A model generated the notes under the pieces. It was not told the DNA's origin, made no database searches, and worked only from the letters and a program-made list of their open reading frames with translations. DNA of 64,000 bases from contig CAWCKY010000004.1 of assembly GCA_963796275.1 (NCBI GenBank), positions 1,577,431 to 1,641,430 on the forward strand. Direction: 5' to 3'. How positions within the stretch are numbered: position 1 is the stretch's first letter; the number at the start of each line of letters is the position of its first letter. Positions 10,791-20,552 of this stretch are shown piece after piece. A program made the translations under genes and the position numbers. Source of the stretch: an uncultured Acidobacteriota bacterium (GTDB lineage Bacteria > Acidobacteriota > Blastocatellia > RBC074).

Positions 10791-11576
10791 ATGAGCAAAC
10801 AACACATTCTACCAAGAAAGAAATATGCGCTCTGGCTTGCGTACAATGGAATCTGCTACTACTGCAAAAAGTCGTTAGATTATGAAGATGTCTGGGTTGA
10901 TCACATTCTGCCAGAGCATTTATTGAACACTCCTGAAAGGCTGAAGCACCTACTGCAAGAGTATGAGTTAGATTCAGCCTTTGATGTTCAAGATTACGGC
11001 AATTGGATTCCGACGCACTGGCGCTGTAATCTTGAAAAAGGCGGCACAATTTTTGATAAGGGCGCAGCACGATACTACCTCAACATCGCCCGGGAAAAAG
11101 TCCCAGCTGCACAGGAACAAGAACGACGAGTTATTCGCAACCTTAAAAGAAGCAAGCTTCTTGGCAGTTTAGAAATCGCGATAAGCGAAGGGTTGTTATC
11201 TAAACAAGCTCTCGCCACTATTGTTATGCAAGCGCCGACGCCAAAAGCGGGAATAGAGCCTACGATTATTACGTTTGGACTGAACTATTATGATTTGTTG
11301 GAAAGCGAGTTGCGCCCTGGCTGGCTGGACGGCTATGATCAATCAGATTATCTTTTTGTGTGCGATTTGCTTGAAAAGGATTTGGTCAAACAATTGAAAT
11401 CTTTGCTGACGTGCGAATTCTTCTACCCGGAAGCATCTGAACGAAATGTTGAAACGCTCTCAGTGAGATTAGCTTTTGTTCAGCTAGATAAAAAAGAGAT
11501 GCGCCGGTTCAAAAGTAATTGGTGGGAAATTCTGGAACTTGCAAGTCACTCGGACATTTACGGTGAATTTGCGTGA
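10791..11576 (+). CDS. HNH endonuclease with C-terminal domain of unknown function
   Basis: CYYC...VDHILP...NWIPTHWRCNLEKG. Confidence 0.8.
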   Translation: MSKQHILPRKKYALWLAYNGICYYCKKSLDYEDVWVDHILPEHLLNTPERLKHLLQEYELDSAFDVQDYGNWIPTHWRCNLEKGGTIFDKGAARYYLNIAREKVPAAQEQERRVIRNLKRSKLLGSLEIAISEGLLSKQALATIVMQAPTPKAGIEPTIITFGLNYYDLLESELRPGWLDGYDQSDYLFVCDLLEKDLVKQLKSLLTCEFFYPEASERNVETLSVRLAFVQLDKKEMRRFKSNWWEILELASHSDIYGEFA

Positions 11577-11632
11577 GCTTTCGATGCGCCGCGCCGGTAC
11601 AACAATGGGTACCAGCGCACCGAAATCTCACG
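11572..11632. repeat. Palindromic repeat, copy 2
   Basis: CGTGAGCTTTCGATGCGC...ACAATGGGTACCAGCGCACCGAAATCTCACG; contains the HNH stop codon. Confidence 0.7.
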
Positions 11633-11769
11633 ATCAAACGAATCAGTAACCGTAGCAGCCGGTTCAGCAACTGCGTGTCTTCCTCGCGAAGCTGTCCCCG
11701 CTTGAGCCGGGTAATAAGCGCCTCAATCTCTGCGTGGTCAATCGAATTGTGGTCAGGATCCTTCTTCAT
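11633..11769 (-). pseudogene. Possible IS66-type transposase N-terminal remnant
   Basis: MKKDPDHNSIDHAEIEALITRLKRGQLREEDTQLLNRLL resembles IS66 TnpC N-termini; stops at the palindromic repeat. Confidence 0.35.
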
Positions 11770-11905
11770 CGGCGATGGTGCCGATTCTACATGGCGCGTC
11801 GCTCGGGGGCGAGAGCGAGCAGGCCTTTTTGCCTTTTTACGCTCGGTATGCCGCAGGCACACTCTGGTGCCAAATCAGAGTGCCAAAATCAATCAGTAGA
11901 CTCAT

Positions 11906-12673
11906 TCAGTTTGAACGCATATCTTTCAGCGTCAAAAGAACATCATCCAACCCATGATGAGCAGCCTCGATACGTTTTGATCGCAGAACGACAAGGTCAC
12001 CGTTCATCTCTGAAAGCTGGAATGGAAAAAAAGCTGGGGTGTTCAGCATCAGTCTCAACGCCGCTTTGCCCTCAGAAATGGCGTGCAAAGCCGCCTCGAA
12101 TAATAGTATCACCAGCTTTTGGTCAGTGATGATTATTGGCAGAGCTTTCTCATAACATCCTTTAAAATCTGAATCTTTCAGTACTCCCCACGCAACAAAG
12201 GAACGGACAACATAGCGCGCGTTTCTGGCAACTGTCTCGCGATCGCCGTACTGCTGTTTCAATCTATTGAATATTTGCGCCTGGGTAATTTGGTCTTGAA
12301 GGTTCAGTAATCGGCCTACCTGCCGGGCAACATTGAACCAAAATGGATAGGCAGCAGAGATGACAGCCCAATGCAGCGGTAACCACATCTCTGGTTGCAA
12401 CTGCCGCGCCATTGACAATGCGTCATCTCGAAACGCGATCAGGTCTTCATTCGGAGAAAACCATGAAGCGAGGATACTGATTGCCATTCCATATGTCTTA
12501 CTTCCACGTTCCCCAATTCCCCCGCTCTGCTTTTGTGTGGACAAGTATTCATCCAGGTTCTCTCGTATTTCCGTTTCAGACATGCCTGCTAATAGCATGT
12601 GAAGAACTCGATCCATCCATTCCTTCTGGATCGTTTGCTTGATTCCTAATTTTTCATGCCGTTTGTCAATCAC
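11906..12673 (-). CDS. brxA: BREX-3 BrxA-like protein
   Basis: Last gene of the BREX operon, overlapping the pglZ stop; LHWAVISAAYPFW and YGDRETVAR..RSFVAWGVL. Confidence 0.7.
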   Translation of the reverse strand: MIDKRHEKLGIKQTIQKEWMDRVLHMLLAGMSETEIRENLDEYLSTQKQSGGIGERGSKTYGMAISILASWFSPNEDLIAFRDDALSMARQLQPEMWLPLHWAVISAAYPFWFNVARQVGRLLNLQDQITQAQIFNRLKQQYGDRETVARNARYVVRSFVAWGVLKDSDFKGCYEKALPIIITDQKLVILLFEAALHAISEGKAALRLMLNTPAFFPFQLSEMNGDLVVLRSKRIEAAHHGLDDVLLTLKDMRSN

Positions 12674-14665
12674 CGCGCTCTCCTCTCAAACTTTACCAAG
12701 GGCACGATGACCTCTTCAATGGCAATGCCTCCGTGTCCGACAAGTGTTTCGTTAGGGTTCATAAATGCATTATTGCCACCGGCAAGAAGCGGGAAATAAT
12801 CCGATGGCAGCCCGACTGGTTGCCACTCAATAGCAAAAGTAAATTTTCCAGCAACCAACGCCCTGAGTTCAGGAGTCGGGTAGACCCGGACTCGTTCTCC
12901 ACGAGTCTCGGCAATGACGCCTTCATAGGGACGCCCCTTGCCACGGCATTCGATATTGCCATGATCGGATGTCAACCAAACTTGAAACCCGGAATCAAGC
13001 AAATAGCCAATAAGCGACGCCAGAAAGCCTCCCTTGCACCACTGTTTTATCTGGTTATGCATCCCGGCTGCACCAAGCTGCAGTGCCATGCATGATTTTG
13101 TCGACCGTGTCAACAACCACCCCGACCGCCCTGGTCCTTCCCGGATGCAGAGTGGAATCCAAAATATTAGCAACGTCGCCATCGCCCAGCCCTCGCTGGT
13201 AAGCGATATCCAAACGCGACAATCCAACTCCTTCCCAGAACTGCTTCCAAAGATTGCCCTCGTTATTGGTCGTATTGATCGACGAAGGAAAGTAGATCGG
13301 AGCCTTTCCAGAAAAAATCGCTTGTCTGGAGACAGAGGTCAGCGTCGGAATCCAGGCGAAGGTCGCAGACTCACGCAATATAAAACTCTGATCCTGCTCC
13401 TGAAGAACCTGACGAATGGTGACCCACTGATCTAAGGCAAGTCCGTCGACGACAATTAACGCGATTCGGCAGTCTTTGGCCTCCTCCATCTCCCGAGCCA
13501 ACCGCCGAGGGACATGGTGCAGCATAGCTGAATTGGCCGGCGGCAAATTAATCAGACTGGCGTAGTGTGACTTAAGCCAATTGGCAAAGGTCACGTTTAC
13601 ATTTATGCCGGTTTGAAGAAAACGGGCCTTGACTTCCGCTTCAGAGCCGCAGTAAATCAAGGTTGCCAATTCAGCCCATTTCAATGCGAATGCGGTCCAA
13701 TCCGAATACCTGCTATCTACCGATGGCAAACCACTCTCTATGAGTTCTAACAGACGAGAGATCCGTACCCCTTCATCTTCTCTTTCAGTTCCGATTATGC
13801 CGCACCGAATCCAAGACTCTGTATCGATCGAGATATCCTGTCTCTTAACGGGTGTGAGTCTTCCCTCAACGAACAGGTTGTCGATATAAACCAGAATATC
13901 CTGATGATCAAATGGCAAAACTGCAGGTCCTGGATACCTGAGAATAACCTCAAAGGAATTTTCACTAATCTGATTGTCGGCATCGAGTCTGTCAAGGAAA
14001 ACGGGCCAGCGCTCCTGTAAGAAAGAAAAGAATGCTTCCCCATCGACCACAATTTCATCCAAAGGCCAATCTTCGAACCCGCCATTCACCTTGAGCGACT
14101 GCACGAGCCGATTAGCCAGAACTTTAGGAATATCAATCTTTTTGTAGTGCAGACGAAGCAATGTCCGAAGCAGATCCACTTCTGTCGTGATCAACTCAGC
14201 CGCAACGCCAAAAACGTGGCGAAGAATGAAATCCCTGGTCGCGTTGTCGCCCATCCGATCGGGCACTGTCTTCTTCTGGGCATCGAACAGCACGTCCAGA
14301 AGACCGCGGTCAAGCTTCTCAATGACTGAATAACTCAGATTTGGGAAAAGCCTTCCAAGGTCAAAGGCTAGTCGTCTACCGGCCTGGAGCAAATCATATG
14401 GAAGCGCTTCGAACGCCGAATCTTGTAAGCGTAGAATGACTACCAGATCGGTAACCCCACCCCGATCCCAGATCGAACGATATTTCGATTCATAAGCGTA
14501 TCGAAACTCAACTGGATCACTGAACTCAATCAGTTCAAAGCCACGCGCCCTCAGTTCGAAGGAAAGTTTCTCTTCGGTCAAAAGGCAATCCGGATCAGCG
14601 ACTAGCGTAAGTTTGCTGACATTAGGAATGAATTCGTTCAAGATAGCGTCTCGCCAACTATTCAT
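12670..14665 (-). CDS. pglZ: BREX-3 PglZ alkaline-phosphatase-fold protein (one frameshift near 13080)
   Basis: IVVDGLALDQW, PTLTSVSRQAIF, LTSDHGN and HGGIAIEEVIVP. Confidence 0.92.
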
Positions 14666-17579
14666 TGAGCGCCTCCTTTAACGATGCGCATCAACAGCAG
14701 TGGCCGAATCTCCGGAACAATCTGCCTTGCAGATTCCAACTCTTTGCGCCATTCAGACTCCTCAGCATCACATCGCACCAGCCGATGCTGGCGCACCTCG
14801 GGCAACCCAACACGATCAATGGCCTTTCGCCGTGAGCTAAAGGCGGTCGTTCCGCGATCTTCTTCCCGAACAATAGAAGCCATGTGCTCCTGCTGCAAAG
14901 TATCAAATTGCTCCCGTCCTACCTGTTCCGCTGCACACATAAGCCGGTCAGAGGCGGCCAGTGATTCATCGTGCCCCATGGCATCCAGCACCTTCGGTTC
15001 CACTGTCTGCAGGGCATCCCAGATATGACGGGCAGTTGGTAGAAATACCTTGCCTTCTTCGCTCAAGAACATACTTAAGTAGCGCCTTCGAACTATAGGT
15101 ATCTGAATCAGGTGGTTCTGCCTGTGCCTGCCAGCTTGTAAGCGGATTTCAAAAAGTCCCCAGTAACCTGACAAACTCAAGGGCACCCCACTCAGGGACA
15201 CACAGGGCAACGGCTGCCCAGCGGTGACTTGCGGCAGGTTGAGCGCCAATCCACGAACCTGGTTGTACTCCAGATTCAGCAAGGTGGCATCCGAAAGCCG
15301 GTCCGCCTCACGGGAACTAAACACGCACTTACGATACACTTGTCCATCCGGCCAAGTAAGCTCCCACCACGAGCGCTTTCGTGTCGCCTTACCTCCATGA
15401 GAGTTCAAATAGCCAACTGTCATCCGCTCCACCCAATGTGGCAAAGGATGGAAACGCAAGCGTTCGGCTACCTGCGCATCAGGCTCATCAGAAATACCAT
15501 AGATGGAGGATGAATCCCGTATTTCGCGGATATCTTCTCGAAAACGGGTCGCCGTCTGCTCCACCGATGATTCAATGCCATCCGGATTCAGTAAGGCTGA
15601 AGTGAAGACTTCCTCGAACAATTCGCCAGCTTGTGCCGAATCGAGCACATCGCCGGTCTTATCGATTCCAAACTCCTCGAAGATTACCGAGAGCTTTTTC
15701 TCCAGAACCTCCCGAACGCGGAATTCGACCGTGTTCTCAAAAACAAAATTGATGGCTTGCACCGTCTTTGACTGGCCGATACGATCCACGCGTCCAATCC
15801 GCTGTTCCAGCCGCATTGGGTTCCACGGGATATCGTAGTTGACGATAATGTGACAGAATTCCAGATTCAATCCTTCCCCACCGGCATCCGTAGAGACCAG
15901 GACACGAGCGTGCTCACGAAAAGCTTCCTGCGCGCGCTTGCGCTCGTCCATATCCATGGAACCGTTGAGCGTCACCACCGAAATACCTCTGGCCTCCAGA
16001 AATTCCCTTAACATCTCCTGGGTCGGTATGAACTCGGTGAAAATAAGCACCTTCAGATATTAGATCGTTCTGGTCAATTTGGAGCCGGTAAATCCATTCG
16101 ATCAGCGCCTCTGACTTGGCATCGGGGCCAGCCTGTTCGCATCTTCTGGCCAAATCCAGCAGGGCGTCCACCTGACCGCCTTCCCTTTTCAGAGTCGATA
16201 CAGGGAACCTCAAAAACTCATCGAGAAGTTCTTGGCCATCAAGGTCGTACATCTCGTCATACCCGTCGACAACACTAGCGCCATTTTGAAGCTCTTCAAG
16301 ATGTAGACTAGCCTGCTGCCTGCTATCAATTAGTGCCTCAAGCCGGTGTTCTAGCGTGGTGCGGATCGCCCGGGTGCTGGAAATCACCAACCGCTGCATC
16401 AGAATCATCAGAAACCCTATGTGAAGTTTCTTCTCTCGTATGGCTTGGTTATATCCATCACGCACATAATCGGTCACGGCATCATAAAGAAGTTGCTGGA
16501 GATGGTGTCGCGCTTCCCACGACACTCCCACCATCTGTGTGCGTCTGGGTTTGAATAGCGGCTTACCATCGGCATCTATGGCTTTCCGCTTTTCAGTGCG
16601 TATCACATAGGGGGCTACACGATCGCGAGAGACGCTATCTAAGTCTGGAAAGGCGTCGTTATCCAGCAGGTTCATCAGACGATAAAAGGCATCGGTTTTG
16701 CCTTGATGTGGAGTGGCCGAGAGTAAAAGCACATATGGAGCAGCGTCTGCAAGTCCCCGACCCAGCTTGTAGCGTGCTACCTGATCAGTGCTACCGCCCA
16801 GGCGATGAGCCTCATCCACTATTACCAGTATCCCAGCCCGCCGTCACCAGATCCTCAAAACGACTGCGGTTGTATTCCGTCACTCGTTGTAATGTCCAGC
16901 CACGCCGCTTGTCCAAGGGCTTTACAGAGTCCAGAGAAACTTCCACTTGATCAAACATCGCCCAAGGATTGTTCCGCAAGCGTGGAGCCTGGAGAGAGGG
17001 GGACATCATGTCGTCCCCGATTCTCACTTCATACTTTACATTCGAAATACGCTGCAGTGTGTTGATATCATCACCCAGAATAAGCTGGAACCGTTCGTTG
17101 AAATGATTCAGCATCTCCGCTACCCATTGCGCAACCACCAGCGTTCGACGCGACAGGCCGCGCAGTTTAAGTTCGCGCATGATAAGCCCAGCTTCAATGG
17201 TCTTGCCTAAACCGACTTCATCAGCCAGCAGGTAACGTACGCGGTCGCCGGAGATGGCTTTAGACAAGGCGTGGATTTGGTGTGGCAGTGGAATGACTTT
17301 CGACTCCATAGGAGCCAGAAGCAGGGGGCCTTCAGAAGCGCTGGCACCACCCTCAAGAACCTCGGCGACTTTTGATGCCGCAGCGACATAGCCAATCCGA
17401 TTGGCTTCAATATCTGGCTGAAGATCAGCGCTCAGCGGCCGAAGCGCAGAGCTAGGAATCCGGACTACAGCATCCTGATTCGGCAACCAAACACGGCAAA
17501 CCGTCTGCCCCCACAAGATATGCTCTTCGATGACTTTACAGGCGCAGTTGTGGATCACGCTATATTGCCATTGATTCAT
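14662..17579 (-). CDS. brxHII: BREX-3 SNF2-like helicase (three frames)
   Basis: LLADEVGLGKTIEAG, DEAH, LSATPHQG, TDAGGEGLNL and WNPMRLEQRIGRVDRIGQ. Confidence 0.9.
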
Positions 17580-17587
17580 CGCTCTGG

Positions 17588-18640
17588 TTATTTCGGTATG
17601 GAAAAGTCATTGTGATAAACAACTGAAGCCAGCTCTATCGTCCCGTCGGCGCATTCCCAGTAATGAAGATGGAATTCTCGGTCGATATCTCGGCGCTGAG
17701 CTTTATCATTCCCACGCATTCTTTGAGGGTCATTGCCTCCTGGGCCTGTTCTGAGCGCATGTACTGCGGCTAGATTCTGGTTTTTTATTGTTTCTACAAT
17801 TGATCGTAATATCCTTGGCGGTAAAGAATCTCCTTGATTAGTACAACAGTTCTGACAAGCCTTAAGGAAGTTTTGGCCGATAGTTGGCACTGAGGCGTTC
17901 TCCCAATCAGGGGCTTCACCTTGCGCAATACTATTCTTATATAAGGCGATCCTGATTGAAAGTTCTATTCCAAGATTGTCAGATGCACCAGTCAGAATAA
18001 CAGGCTCGTCAAGACATTCGATTAATCCTCTGAAGTCGTCACAGGCCAGAACGTCTCCCTCAAAAAATTCTGGAGGGGAGGGCAGTGTAGGAATGTCATC
18101 TCTTTCGTGTTCAAAAACATGAATCTGCGCTCGCACCCTTACCACCTGTTTTGGTGTTTGCCGGAGAATAAGTGAGTGGCCTCCGAGCGGTTGCCAACAA
18201 TGTTTCCGCAGGATTGCAATTGGAGTGACACAGCGGGCCAAATCCGATTGCAATCCTTTATATGTCGTCAACCTAATAATGTCCGGATCAGTTTCAAGTG
18301 GATCTGCCAACACATCTCTCACACGATAATAAGTTTCGAAGGAAGGGGTGATAGTCAGTAGCCGATCTGCAATTTTGGCGACCGTGTTTACGTCGTATTC
18401 TACGATCCCATGCGCATTAAATAACGCTCTAAGATGGTCACGTAGCGGATATAATCCATCTGCAAAAAGTGACTCAGATGCTCTTTCGCTCATATAAATC
18501 GCCACCCAAGGCTCGTCCAGAAGCTTGCTCCAATCTAGAAGTATATCGACGTACTTATACGCGTTCTCGGTAGAGCATGCTCCCTCGGGCACAGCTAGCA
18601 CTGCGGCATCAATTGTTACACTTGGCCTACTTTGTGTCAT
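17588..18640 (-). CDS. Uncharacterised protein with putative C-terminal RelE-like RNase domain
   Basis: Likely start MTQSRP at 18640 overlaps the ATPase stop; C-terminus RRDIDREFHLHYWE..IELASVVYHNDF. Confidence 0.6.
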   Translation of the reverse strand: MTQSRPSVTIDAAVLAVPEGACSTENAYKYVDILLDWSKLLDEPWVAIYMSERASESLFADGLYPLRDHLRALFNAHGIVEYDVNTVAKIADRLLTITPSFETYYRVRDVLADPLETDPDIIRLTTYKGLQSDLARCVTPIAILRKHCWQPLGGHSLILRQTPKQVVRVRAQIHVFEHERDDIPTLPSPPEFFEGDVLACDDFRGLIECLDEPVILTGASDNLGIELSIRIALYKNSIAQGEAPDWENASVPTIGQNFLKACQNCCTNQGDSLPPRILRSIVETIKNQNLAAVHALRTGPGGNDPQRMRGNDKAQRRDIDREFHLHYWECADGTIELASVVYHNDFSIPK

Positions 18641-20549
18641 CTTTCCTCCTGCGGGCAATACGTTTATTGGCTGCGGCACGTAGAATCTCCTCTGCCTGCT
18701 GCTGGGATTGATCAAAAAATCCCTCAGGCCACTGAGGGACAGCGCCGTACTCATTGATAATCACCTCACAGAAAGAAGAACTTAGAGCGGGTTTCTCTAC
18801 AAAGTAAATCTTTGTATAACTGTTAAGTTCGTCTCCTGGTATAGCAGCGGCAATTCTGAAGCGTAGGCGGTCAATAAAATATTCGCTGTGAGTTTCGACA
18901 ATGCATTGCTTATTACACAACGCCATCGACAAGAAAAAGTCTCCCAATAGAGTTTGGACTTTAGGGTGAAGATGTAATTCCGGCTGCTCGAAAACTAAAG
19001 TCGAGTCTTGGTCGGCCAAGAGACACATTACAAGGATTGGAAGAACCTGACTGACGCCGACACCAACGTGAGTAAGATCATATGTGCTTTCTGAATTCGC
19101 CAAACCAACTTTCAGTTCATGTCCCAACTTACCTTGATCCCGACTCTTTACAAAACTGGCTACTCCAAGGTATTGAAGCCAATCTATAACGGCGGATTCT
19201 AAAGTACGCGTTATAGTCTTCCGGTCGATAGTTGCCGATTTGAAATGGGATGATGGGATGTAATTGATTTTTTTATTCTTGTGAAGCTCTAGTATAGAAG
19301 CGGTATGCTCGCCACGTAGTCCGACATCAAAAGGATCTACTGCGGGTGCAAGCGGATATAGTGGCTTGGGGGCATCCCTCAATGGGCCAAGATATTTCAG
19401 GGATGACGAAAAAAAGTCATCCAAATATCTTGAAGCTTCCATTATTTGTCTGGGGGGCAAGGCCTGGATAATTGCATGGTTATCAGACTGTTGAGATGAC
19501 TTTTTTAGTGCTTCTAGAATCCGATCAAACAAATTATCCGATTCACGCAGTACTTGCTGAACCTTAATTCTAGTGCCGGGAGCCAGCGATCTTAATCGCT
19601 CATTCCAAAACCGTAACGATATTGTCTCGTTATCAGCAATAAGGGAAGATTCCTGTTGATACCTTATATTGAAGACTTCGTCGAAATCTATGGTGTCGCA
19701 AAGAATGTCACGTAAAACAGCAATTACCTCTTTAGTGAGAATAATACCTCGGTTCATACTCCTTCTAAGGCCTACTGTTCGGCGCCTGTCATCTTGTAAC
19801 GCCAGAGTTATTGAATTAGCTTCTTCTTGGACGGTATCAAGGCTATAAATTACTCTATCTGGCAGGAAATGCCTCAGTATGCATCCCATTGCCTTTGCGG
19901 AACGAAAATCCTCCCTTACTTCACTCATGGAATGATCATCAAGATCAACATCATATGCTAGACTTGCGCGAAGTTGGTCGTCGAATTCATCCATGGCGTT
20001 CATGCCGTCAATTTGCGATATCGCCTTACTTGAATGTCGTATAGATATCTCTGCTTTTAGGTCGACATTATCCTCATCTCTCGATATGCACAATAACCGG
20101 CTCGCGAAGAGCCTAGGCTGTATCTGGAACAGCTCTCTTTGTGAACTCGATGGGTCAGCATCAAAAGAAATTTCGCAGGAAACCTCACGGAGTTGAGTAT
20201 ACCTTGACCCATAATAGACCGTTCCTCTCGTATATACAGCGGATGATGCTATAGTCGGAATATCTGTATTTGGCAATGGGTTGCAAGTGCATTTGACTAC
20301 AATTTGATCTGACTCACTACCATTTGACTTTAGATCATCAAATTGCCCAAGACTTGTAAGTGCTCCATTCAAAACAACGGAGCGAGAGCTGACTTTGTGA
20401 GATAGCGTTTGGGCTACGAGCAGAATTGATTGGATTAATGTGCTCTTCCCACTGCTATTCGCACCGGCGAATATGGTTAATGGTCCAAGAGACAATTCAG
20501 TTTCTTCACGAATTGACTTAAAATTGAACACTTCCCATTTGGTGATCAT
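18627..20549 (-). CDS. ABC-type (AAA_15/AAA_21) ATPase with DUF3696 C-terminus
   Basis: NFKSI, GANSSGKS, VGVGVSQVLP, FEQPELHLHP, IVETHS and WPEGFFDQ. Confidence 0.88.
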   Translation of the reverse strand: MITKWEVFNFKSIREETELSLGPLTIFAGANSSGKSTLIQSILLVAQTLSHKVSSRSVVLNGALTSLGQFDDLKSNGSESDQIVVKCTCNPLPNTDIPTIASSAVYTRGTVYYGSRYTQLREVSCEISFDADPSSSQRELFQIQPRLFASRLLCISRDEDNVDLKAEISIRHSSKAISQIDGMNAMDEFDDQLRASLAYDVDLDDHSMSEVREDFRSAKAMGCILRHFLPDRVIYSLDTVQEEANSITLALQDDRRRTVGLRRSMNRGIILTKEVIAVLRDILCDTIDFDEVFNIRYQQESSLIADNETISLRFWNERLRSLAPGTRIKVQQVLRESDNLFDRILEALKKSSQQSDNHAIIQALPPRQIMEASRYLDDFFSSSLKYLGPLRDAPKPLYPLAPAVDPFDVGLRGEHTASILELHKNKKINYIPSSHFKSATIDRKTITRTLESAVIDWLQYLGVASFVKSRDQGKLGHELKVGLANSESTYDLTHVGVGVSQVLPILVMCLLADQDSTLVFEQPELHLHPKVQTLLGDFFLSMALCNKQCIVETHSEYFIDRLRFRIAAAIPGDELNSYTKIYFVEKPALSSSFCEVIINEYGAVPQWPEGFFDQSQQQAEEILRAAANKRIARRRKDDTK

Positions 20550-20552
20550 GTG

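Noticed and set aside
17588-20549. Calling the nested pair PARIS, Gabija, Septu or complete Menshen
   Set aside because: No TOPRIM/DUF4435, UvrD, HNH or DUF262 partner is visible.
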